Shown: positions 18,201 through 29,780 of the stretch, one piece after another
Layout: each line of letters opens with the position of its first letter
How positions within the stretch are numbered: position 1 is the stretch's first letter
From: Eledone cirrhosa
Lineage: Eukaryota
Reading direction: 5' to 3'
Assembly: GCA_964016885.1 (NCBI GenBank)
Contig: OZ024743.1
Span: forward strand, 52,638,001 to 52,702,000
Length of the DNA: 64,000 bases
Made by a program: the position numbers and the translations under genes
Notes under the pieces: generated by a model
What the model was told of the DNA's origin: nothing
What the model saw: the letters and a program-made list of their open reading frames with translations, nothing else
Database searches by the model: none

Positions 18201-21200
18201 ATAGACATACTATAGACAATGTCTATGTCACATATTGATATAGACATACTATAGACAATGTCTATGTCACATGTTGATATAGACACACTATAGACAATGT
18301 CTATGTCATATATTGATATAGACATACTATAGACAATGTCTATGTCACATATTCATATAGACATACTATAGACAATGTCTATGTCATATATTGATATAGA
18401 CATACTATAGACAATGTCTATATCACATGTTGATATAGACATACTATAGACAATGTCTATGTCACATATTGATATAGACATACTATAGACAATGTCTATG
18501 TCACATATTGATATAGACATACTATAGACAATGTCTATGTCACATGTTGATATAGACATACTATAGACAATGTCTATGTTATATATTGATATAGACATAC
18601 TATAGACAATGTCTATGTCAAATATTGATATAGACATACTATAGACAATGTCTATGTCACATGTTGATATAGACATACTATAGACAATGTCTATGTCATA
18701 TATTGATATAGACATACTATAGACAATGTCTATGCCATATATTGATATAGACATACTATAGACAATGTCTATGTCACATATTGATATAGACATACTATAG
18801 ACAATGTCTATGTCATATATTGATATAGACATACTATAGCCAATCTCTATGTCACATGTTGATATAGACATACTATAGACAATGTCTATGTCATATATTG
18901 ATATAGACATACTATAGACAATGTCTATGTCACATGTTGATATAGACATACTATAGACAATGTCTATGTCACATATTGATATAGACATACTATAGACAAT
19001 GTCTATGTCATATATTGATATAGACATACTATAGACAATGTCTATGTCACATATTGATATAGACATACTATAGACAATGTCTATGTCATATATTGATATA
19101 GACATACTATAGACAATGTCTATGTCATATGTTGATATAGACATACTATAGACAATGTCTATGTCACATACTGATATAGACATACTATAGACAATGTCTA
19201 TGTCGCATGTTGATATAGACATACTATAGACAATGTCTATGTCATATATTGATATAGACATACTATAGACAATGTCTATGTCACATATTGATATAGACAT
19301 ACTATAGACAATGTCTATGTCACATATTGATATAGACATACTATAGACAATGTCTATGTCACATATTGATATAGACATACTATAGACAATGTCTATGTCA
19401 CATATTGATATAGACATACTATAGACATTGTCTATGTCACATATTGATATAGACATACTATAGACAATGTCTATGTCATATATTGATATAGACATACTAT
19501 AGACAATGTCTATGTCACATGTTGATATAGACATACTATAGACAATCTCTATGTCATATATTGATATAGACATACTATAGACAATGTCTATGCCATATAT
19601 TGATATAGACATACTATAGACAATGTCTATGTCACATATTGATATAGACATACTATAGACAATGTCTATGTCATATATTGATATAGACATACTATAGCCA
19701 ATCTCTATGTCACATGTTGATATAGACATACTATAGACAATGTCTATGTCATATATTGATATAGACATACTATAGACAATGTCTATGTCACATGTTGATA
19801 TAGACATACTATAGACAATGTCTATGTCATATATTGATATAGACATACTATAGACAATGTCTATGTCACATATTGATATAGACATACTATAGACAATGTC
19901 TATGTCACATATTGATATAGACATACTATAGACAATGTCTATGTCATATATTGATATAGACATACTATAGCCAATCTCTATGTCACATGTTGATATAGAC
20001 ATACTATAGACAATGTCTATGTCATATATTGATATAGACATACTATAGACAATGTCTATGTCATATTGATATAGACATACTATAGACAATATCTATGTCA
20101 CATATTGATATAGACATACTATAGACAATGTCTATGTCACATATTGATATAGACATACTATAGCCAATCTCTATGTCACATGTTGATATAGACATACTAT
20201 AGACAATGTCTATGTCATATATTGATATAGACATACTATAGACAATGTCTATGTCACATATTGATATAGACATACTATAGACAATGTCTATGTCATATAT
20301 TGATATAGACATACTATAGACAATGTCTATGTCACATATTGATATAGACATACTATAGACAATGTTTATGTCACATATTGATATAGACATACTATAGACA
20401 ATGTCTATGTCATATATTGATATAGACATACTATAGACAATGTCTATGTCATATATTGATATAGACATACTATAGAAAATGTCTATGTCACATATTGATA
20501 TAGACATACTATAGACAATGTCTATGTCACATATTGATATAGACATACTATAGCCAATCTCTATGTCACATGTTGATATAGACATACTATAGACAATGTC
20601 TATGTCATATATTGATATAGACATACTATAGACAATGTCTATGTCACATATTGATATAGACATACTATAGACAATGTCTATGTCATATATTGATATAGAC
20701 ATACTATAGACAATGTCTATGTCATATGTTGATATAGACATACTATAGACAATGTCTATGTCACATATTGATATAGACATACTATAGACAATGTCTATGT
20801 CATATATTGATATAGACATACTATAGACAATGTCTATGTCACATGTTGATATAGACATACTATAGACAATGTGTATGTCATATATTGATATAGACATACT
20901 ATAGACAATGTCTATGTCATATATTGATATAGACATACTATAGAAAATGTCTATGTCACATATTGATATAGACATACTATAGACAATGTCTATGTCACAT
21001 ATTGATATAGACATACTATAGCCAATCTCTATGTCACATGTTGATATAGACATACTATAGACAATGTCTATGTCATATATTGATATAGACATACTATAGA
21101 CAATGTCTATGTCACATATTGATATAGACATACTATAGACAATGTCTATGTCATATATTGATATAGACATACTATAGACAATGTCTATGTCATATGTTGA

Positions 21201-23016
21201 TATAGACATACTATAGACAATGTCTATGTCACATATTGATATAGACATACTATAGACAATGTCTATGTCATATATTGATATAGACATACTATAGACAATG
21301 TCTATGTCACATGTTGATATAGACATACTATAGACAATGTGTATGTCATATATTGATATAGACATTCTATAGCCAATCTCTATATCACATGTTGATATAG
21401 ACATACTATAGACAATGTCTATGTCACATATTGATATAGACATACTATAGACAATGTCTATGTCATATGTTGATATAGACATACTATAGACAATGTCTAT
21501 GTCACATATTGATATAGACATACTATAGACAATGTCTATGTCACATGTTGATATAGACATACTATAGACAATGTCTATATCACATATTGATATAGACATA
21601 CTATAGACAATGTCTATGTCACATGTTGATATAGACATACTATAGACAATGTCTATGTCACATGTTGATATAGACATACTATAGACAATGTCTATGTCAT
21701 ATATTGATATAGACATACTATAGACAATGTCTATGTCACATATTGATATAGACATACTATAGACAATGTCTATGTCATATATTGATATAGACATACTATA
21801 GACAATGTCTATGTCACATATTGATATAGACATACTATAGACAATGTCTATGTCACATGTTGATATAGACATACTATAGACAATGTCTATGTCATATATT
21901 GATATAGACATACTATAGACAATGTCTATGTCACATATTGATATAGACATACTATAGACAATGTCTATGTCATATATTGATATAGACATACTATAGACAA
22001 TGTCTATGTCATATATTGATATAGACATACTATAGACAATGTCTATGTCACATGTTGATATAGACATACTATAGACAATGTCTATGTCACATATTGATAT
22101 AGACATACTATAGACAATGTCTATGTCACATATTGATATAGACATACTATAGACAATGTCTATGTCATATATTGATATAGACATACTATAGACAATGTCT
22201 ATGTCATATATTGATATAGACATACTATAGACAATGTCTATGTCACATGTTGATATAGACATACTATAGACAATGTCTATGTCACATATTGATATAGACA
22301 TACTATAGACAATGTCTATGTCACATATTGATATAGACATACTATAGCCAATCTCTATGTCACATGTTGATATAGACATACTATAGACAATGTCTATGTC
22401 ACATATTGATATAGACATACTATAGACAATGTCTATGTCACATATTGATATAGACATACTATAGCCAATCTCTATGTCACATGTTGATATAGACATACTA
22501 TAGACAATGTCTATGTCACATATTGATATAGACATACTATAGACAATGTCTATGTTACCTGTTGATATAGACATACTATAGACAATGTCTATGTCACATA
22601 TTGATATAGACATACTATAAACAATGTCTATGTCACATGTTGATATAGACATACTATAGACAATGTCTATGTCACATATTGATATAGACATACTATAGAC
22701 AATGTCTATGTTACATGTTGATATAGACATACTATAGACAATGTCTATGTCATATATTGATATAGACATACTATAGACAATGTCTATGTCACATGTTGAT
22801 ATAGACATACTATAGACAATGTCTACGTCACATATTGATATAAACATACTATAGACAATGTCTATGTCATATATTGATATAGACATACTATAGACAATGT
22901 CTATGTCACATATTGATATAGACATACTATAGACAATGTCTATGTCATATATTGATATAGACATACTATAGACAATGTCTATGTCATATATTGATGTAGA
23001 CATACTATAGACAATG
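270..23016. repeat. 39-bp satellite array, about 580 monomers, with 37-bp variants and higher-order structure
   Basis: Consensus AATGTCTATGTCACATATTGATATAGACATACTATAGAC repeated continuously; all MSISI/DIDIVYS ORFs arise from the 39-nt (13-codon) period. Confidence 0.99.
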
Positions 23017-23119
23017 AATTCGTTACGTACCCAAAATAATTAGTTTATTGCTATATGTGTGTGTGTGTGTGTGTGTGTATAGATAGATGGGGAGATACAT
23101 ACATACATACAAACATACA

Positions 23120-23850
23120 TACACAGAAAAAGTTGTGCATGGATACTTGAGACGTAAAACACAGACCATAGAGGAGATAAACCACTCAAAAAGCCTGGCA
23201 TGGAGTTCCGACAAGTTTATGACATCACACCTTGAGGGATATCTCTCTGAAATACAGGAACAAGAACTCCATACCAAATATCTGCTGCACAAAAGGTGAG
23301 GGCCAGCAGCTGACAATAAATGTAGGCTATGTAAAACAAAGATCAAGGATGTAAGCCACATTGTTCCCCATGAGACACGATAGGATAGCTAGAACCATCT
23401 GGAACGCACTTCGGAAAACAAAATTAACAACAAACGAGGAAGAATATATTGAGACAGATGTCACTAAGGAATACTGGTGGAACCTGAAAATAAAAGCTGC
23501 CACCAAATTAAAGCACAACTAGCCTGATATTGTTGTTTGGGACCACACATTGAAAACGTGTTCTGTTGTGGAGATCAGCTTCCCACTTGAGGTAAACGTT
23601 GTCAGAAAAATACAGGAGAAGGAGGACATCTACGGACCATTGATGAGGAGTTTACAAATCCAGTAGCTAAGATACACCTTTAGCTTCATACCCATCATTA
23701 TTGGAGCTACGGGTTATATACCAACCCGCTTGGACCAAAGTATGACTGAACTTGGATTTGCGGACAAAAAGCGCAGCACCCTAATTCATAGTCTACAAAT
23801 GGCTGCGATAGCTGGCACCTTCAAAATTTGCAAAACATTCTTGCGATTCA
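23120..23850 (+). mobile_element. Degenerate 3' fragment of an R4/Dong-like non-LTR retrotransposon (zinc knuckle plus restriction-like endonuclease)
   Basis: Translation HGYL..EIQEQELHTKY..CRLC..EYWWN..PDIVVWD..VVEIS..EKEDIY..PIIIGATG..KICKTF with in-frame stops; homologous to ORF 43103-43942. Confidence 0.85.
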
Positions 23851-23884
23851 AGGGATGACAATTTCTTTTCTTTTACAACCTTGC

Positions 23885-23935
23885 CACCAGGACGGTGGCC
23901 GGTCAAAAAATATACTCGAAATTAAGAGAAAGAGA
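23885..23935 (-). mobile_element. Very short fragment of the Tx1/L1-like family found at 63150
   Basis: GGTGGCCGGTCAAAAAATATACTCGAAATTAAGAGAA is nearly the reverse complement of 63154-63189. Confidence 0.6.
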
Positions 23936-24295
23936 TAACATATATATATATATACATACATACATACATACATACACACACACATATATATATATATATA
24001 TTTAGATAAGGTGTCATAATTATCAGTTATTAGTAATTTGCGACTTAACACACTCTATTTATTGCGATTTATTTAACGCACCAATGGCCGATGATAGGAT
24101 TTGCAAAACAGAGATTCTAGCACGTGGAATGTTATGGAGATCAACCTACCGTTCATTCGAAACTAATATATTACACACAGATACACATACTACCACCACG
24201 TGTGTATATATGTTTATGTATGGTTATATATATCCGTATACACACCGTATACACACACATATATATACTGTATATATATATATATTTGTTGATGG

Positions 24296-24400
24296 AGATG
24301 CTGGTATAGCCGAGTTGTTAAGAGGTTCGTTTTGCAATTGGTCCCCGGTTCGGTGCCACTGCATGACATCTTAGCCAATTGTCTTCTACCTTAGCCTTTT
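24296..24400 (+). mobile_element. 5' part of a tRNA-derived SINE, interrupted by the TIR element
   Basis: A-box-like TAGCCGAGTTG, B-box-like GGTTCGGTGCC, then GTCTTCTACCTTAGCC related to the SINE at 53680-53820. Confidence 0.55.
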
Positions 24401-24401
24401 G

Positions 24402-25746
24402 CAGACCTGACAACCGATAAAAGCCCAAACAGGGAGTACTATGAAAATAAGTGCCCCAAACTAGGGAGAAATGAGTCAAAATAGGGAGAGTTTACATAAT
24501 GAAAGCTATACCCATTTCCACAAGAGAAGACATCTCTCACCCACCCAAAGTGGGTGGGAGATTTCCCCATTGGATGGGGAGAGTTGACAGGTCTGCTTTT
24601 GGGTGGAATTAGATAGAGGGAAATTGTGTGGAAGCCCGTTGGATGGACTGTACCTGTAATTCCCTGTTTACCCGAAATCAACAGCAAACTGGAAATGTAC
24701 TGCATTATACCTTAGACAAAGGATCCTCAAACTTTTATACCATTCACCACTTCATGGAATCCTCAACTCCTCTTCGACCCCAAACATGTACAAATATAGA
24801 TAAATAAATAAATCAGTAAACAAAATAGACAGAAGAATCCTACAAATAAAAAACGTGTTTAAGGAAATTACATTTTATTGCATTATCTGGCAGAATAGGG
24901 TAGCGGATTGGCAGTATCGGTAAGCGTCGGACAACATGCTTTGCAGCATAGAGTTATGGCCCTTTATGATCTGAGTTCAAATCCCGCCAAGGTTAACTTT
25001 GCCATTCATCCTTACGGGGTCGATAAAATAAAGTACCAGTAATATACTGGGTTCGATTAAATCGACTTTCCCCTCCTCCAAAATTGTTGGCCTTGTGGCT
25101 ATATAAGAAACCAATATTATCTGGCAGAATCAGTAGAGCGTCAGTCAAATTATTTTATTGTATAAAGTTAAGGCCCTTTACGTTCTGAGTTCAAATCCCA
25201 TCGAGGTTAGCTTTGCCTTTCATCCTTACGGGTCGGTAAAATAAAGTACCAGTAACAAACTGGGGTCGATATAATCAACTTGCCCTCTCCCCCAAATTGT
25301 TGGCCTTGTGCCGAAATCAGAAATCTTTATTTTATGTATTTTCATTCTTATACAAATGTCAGGATTTTGCTCAAAATTTCAATCGAGTCTCTGGGTAGTT
25401 CCATCAATGTCGACTATTTTGACGATTACTTCGTTACCCGGGGATTGAGGGAGTTGTGAGACTGTCGGATGAGAGGCTTTGAAGCTTTTGTTCCGGCTCC
25501 TGGCTTTGATAAATTTCTTGGTTGGTGACAACCCTAAAACTTTAAATTCAAGAAGACTGTCAACTCTCTCCATCCAATGGGGAGATCTGCCACCCACTTT
25601 GGGGTCGGTGAGAGATGTCTTCTCTTGTTAAAATGGGTATAGCTTTCATTATGTAAAATCTCCCCATTTTGCCTTATTTCTCCCCGTTTTGGGGCACTTT
25701 TCTTTATGGTACTCCCTGTTTGGGTTTATAGAGGTTGATAGGTCTG
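24402..25746. mobile_element. Non-autonomous DNA transposon (MITE-like) with ~190-bp imperfect TIRs and CAG...CTG termini; nested SINEs inside
   Basis: 24402-24594 is an imperfect reverse complement of 25555-25746; no transposase ORF; no clear TSD. Confidence 0.8.
24886..25325 (+). mobile_element. Two tandem tRNA-derived SINEs with a Nin/Deu-like central domain
   Basis: TGGCAGAA A-box, GAGTTCAAATCCC B-box, core TTTGCCTTTCATCCTTACGGGGTCGATAAAATAAAGTACCAG present twice. Confidence 0.85.
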
Positions 25747-25914
25747 AATTTGAATATGGATGACACACAGGTGGGGAGGTTTAGAGAAGGATGATCGGTG
25801 GTCGTATCTTTTGCAAGGATAATGGTGGGCGTTGTTCGAAATGACGGCAAGCAGGGGATCGATATCGTTTATTTTAGGGCCTGCTGTACTAGCTAGTAGC
25901 TTGTCTTCCTTTTC

Positions 25915-25916
25915 TG

Positions 25917-25953
<37 letters not shown>

Positions 25954-26062
25954 GGCATACACACATACGCACACACACACATACACACACAGACACACAC
26001 AGACACATAGACACACATAGACACACACAGACAGACACAGACACACACACACACAGACACAG

Positions 26063-26096
<34 letters not shown>

Positions 26097-26163
26097 ACAC
26101 AGACACATAGACACACACAAACAGACAAAGACACACACACACACAGACACACAAACACACACA

Positions 26164-26204
<41 letters not shown>

Positions 26205-26240
26205 ACACACACACAGAGACACACACACACACACTCTCAC
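25915..26240. repeat. (CA)n/(CAGACA)n compound microsatellite
   Basis: Direct inspection. Confidence 0.95.
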
Positions 26241-26552
26241 ATCACATAAAGTGATTCATCCTGATTGTTGAGAACATTGAAGAAAGTAAACAATGAAAGT
26301 TGTGTGAAAACAATGAAACGTAGAGGGAGGGAGTCCTCTCACCCGAGTGTGTGATGGACGGGGGAGCCCCCACAAGAGTGTGTGATGGACGACGTTATGA
26401 ATCAGAGGTCTGAGGGGAGGGGCACACACCCCTACCTGAGTATGTAGTGGATGACGGTGTTACCTTTTACATAACAAATACAGGGACTGTTCTTGTTGGG
26501 TGCTGGGTGGGGTTACAAGTGGATTGTGTAACAGGCAGCCTTCTAGATGTAA

Positions 26553-26605
<53 letters not shown>

Positions 26606-26712
26606 TATATATATATATATCCACAGAAACACACACAGGTATTTATATATGTATAAATATATATATAGATATATATATATATACACACACACACACATAT
26701 ATATATATATAT

Positions 26713-26878
26713 CACGGAAAAAAAGAGAATCAGTGTTACGACGAATGCAATTTATTGGGCATATTACAATCGTCGCAACACTGTTTCTCTTTTTTTCTGT
26801 GATATCATACTCTGCTCTATGAGAGCATCGAGTGCTCATACGGCCTACCGCATACGGACGCTTTAAGCATCCAACACC

Positions 26879-26880
<2 letters not shown>
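26713..26880. mobile_element. Short fold-back element between (TA)n tracts, probable Penelope-like terminal remnant
   Basis: Imperfect inverted repeat 26713-26743 / 26770-26800 followed by a tail containing TCGAGTGCTC. Confidence 0.5.
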
Positions 26881-27232
<352 letters not shown>

Positions 27233-27376
27233 AGTGAATGTAACTTGGAGTTACTGTAGCTTCACCCGGGTGAGCACTCGATGTTTAGGTTCATTTCAGT
27301 GTCGAGGTGTAGAGCTAGAAAGAATGTATTATAGTGAAATAAAAAAGTGAAATAAAAGAACGATTGTTGTTTTATT

Positions 27377-27411
<35 letters not shown>

Positions 27412-27415
27412 TTTT

Positions 27416-27475
<60 letters not shown>

Positions 27476-27502
27476 AAAACGACAGACCCGCCATTTCAAC
27501 TC

Positions 27503-27542
27503 TACTTTTGAAAAGCAGAAGAACTGCGAAACCGGTAAAGGA
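27503..27542 (+). ncRNA. Minimal type-I hammerhead ribozyme, U3-A8 variant
   Basis: CUU-UUGAAAA-GCAG aagaa CUGC-GAAA-CCGG-UA-AAG; palindromic stem III ACCGGU; short stem I. Confidence 0.65.
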
Positions 27543-27678
27543 ACCAAATAAATATATATATATTTTTTTAAAAATAAGACTCCAGTTGCATTTTCGATTT
27601 CATCTTTTTTTCTTTATACTTTCACTCGTGTAGGACACCTCGGTTATTTTTCATTTTGTAAAAAAAACTCACTTTCTA

Positions 27679-27709
<31 letters not shown>

Positions 27710-27721
27710 GACATACATCAT

Positions 27722-27810
27722 CTCACAACTGGATGGTATAACGTAGACGTACACTAACTTACAACTGGATGGTGTAACATAGACGTACACCAACTCACAA
27801 CTGGATGGTC
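27722..27810. repeat. 36-bp tandem repeat, about 2.5 copies
   Basis: CAACTGGATGG at 27726, 27762 and 27798. Confidence 0.85.
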
Positions 27811-27925
27811 TCAACTCTCAATGCTATTACTTCACCAATGATTCATTCATGTGTACATTTATAATATAACAGATATATACACAGACATTCTACAAATACA
27901 CACACTCACATACACTCTTCGCACA

Positions 27926-27965
<40 letters not shown>

Positions 27966-28069
27966 TTTATATATATATATATATATGTATATACACCACT
28001 CTTTATCTTTCTCTTTGCATCTGTCTCTTTTCCTTCCTGTTTATCTTACCCTTTCTCTCTGCACCTGTC

Positions 28070-28159
<90 letters not shown>

Positions 28160-28209
28160 TCGTATATATACCTTAAAAAAAAGGACACACAAAAGAAAAG
28201 AACCAGCTT

Positions 28210-28365
28210 AGTCATCACCACCATCACAACAAACAACATCATCATCGTCATCATCATCATAATCTCTAGTATCAACATCACCACCACCACAACCACCACC
28301 ATCACAACAAACAACATCATCATCATCCCCATCATCACCACCACAATCGCCACAACAATAACAAT
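28210..28365. repeat. (CAT/CAC/AAC)n trinucleotide low-complexity tract
   Basis: Direct inspection. Confidence 0.85.
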
Positions 28366-28724
28366 TAAAAACAAAAGCCAAAAAATAAAAATAAATAAAT
28401 AAAATGCCCCTTTGTTGACGGGGCGTGTCAAAGAAATGTTTCTCCGGTTTTGTTTTTGGAAGATGTTCTACCCCTATTCCACACTTTTCCCACCCACTGC
28501 ACGGCAACATGGTCAAGTGCTTTCTACAAGACCGGCCCAAACATCTGCTGATGCGGAGAGGAGGACCATACGATGCAGCACTGCCTTGTTTGCCCTCTAC
28601 TACCCAACCAGTGCAGCTTAAAAGATCTCGCAGAATTTAATAATGCAAAGGACTGTGTAAAGAAATGGGAAACTGTCATATAACCACATGCTTCGAGGAT
28701 ACGAAAAGAAGAAGGAGAACCACA

Positions 28725-28881
28725 GCCTAGGTCGGCCCTAGCCTCGGGTCGGCCCTAGCGACGGGTTGGCCCTACCCTCGGGTCGGCCTTAGCCTCGGGT
28801 CGGCCCTAGCCTCGGTCGGCCCTAGCCTCAGGTCGGCCCTAGCCTCAGGTCGACCCTAGCCTCAGGTCGGCCCTAGCCTCG
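28725..28881. repeat. 17-bp minisatellite, about 9 copies
   Basis: Unit GGTCGGCCCTAGCCTCG. Confidence 0.9.
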
Positions 28882-29191
28882 TAAGAGAAATTGTGTAGAC
28901 GGGAATTATGTGGTCAGATAGACTGCACTTGTAATTTCACCCCCACCATCATCATCACCACCATCATCTTCACGACCATCATCATCACCACCATCATCAT
29001 CGCCATCATCATCATCACCACCACTCTGCTAATAAGTGGCCCCTGGGAGCTGCCTAAATGTAGAACGATATATCCATCCCATGGGTGGCAGAAGCATTTC
29101 GGAGTTGTAGTGATTAGTTTAGCTGTTATTATCAAATATCAACCCAGATATAAAAAAAGACTTCGATATGTGATAAACATAACATGTACAT

Positions 29192-29578
29192 AAACCAGAT
29201 GGCCTGACCATCTTCCCGTTCCGCGGTGGCAAACTCCTCGTCTGGGATGCCACTTGCACCGACACTTTCTCCAGCCGCAACCTGGTGCAGTCTGCGACTA
29301 ACCCAGGTTCTGCTGCACGTCGGGCTGAGGAGGCTACACTCTTCAAATACCAGTCACTCTCCGACAGGTTTGCGGTTGTACCCTTGGCAGTTGGGATTTC
29401 TGGTGTCCTCGGCCCTAGGGCTACCTCCCTACTCACCACCATAGGCGCTGAGCTGGCCAGCCGTAGGTGTGAGTCTCGCGAGCTGGAATGGCTTTTCCAG
29501 CGCGTCTCCCTAGCCGTCCTTCGGGGAAACGCCTTTTCCCTTCTGTCCGCCGGGGCTGTGGGGAGGCCACCGATATGA
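29192..29578 (+). mobile_element. 3' end of a CRE-like non-LTR retrotransposon (restriction-like endonuclease domain)
   Basis: KPDGLTIFPFRGGKLLVWDATCTDT..AARRAEE..KY..VPLAV..GVLG..LFQRVSLAVLRGNA matches the CRE-type PD..D endonuclease and QR.S.A..RGNA motifs. Confidence 0.8.
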
Positions 29579-29780
29579 TTGACTGACTTGTCATTTTATC
29601 GGTCAGATGTTTTTAGACACCACCCAGTTAATTATGATTCATTTAGCACAATGTTTGGGTCCAGTTAAAGACGATAAGATACTATTTCTAGTGACACAGT
29701 TCTGTACTTATAAGAACTGTAGTGTATACACAAACAGAGGAGTGTTTTGGTAGTTTGGGGAGAATTCCAGCGCCTCTGTA

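Noticed and set aside
244-23003. Long minus-strand ORFs (up to 980 aa) of MSISIxDIDIVYS repeats
   Set aside because: By-product of a 39-nt period with one stop-free frame; 37-bp monomers frameshift it repeatedly and there is no unique N- or C-terminal domain
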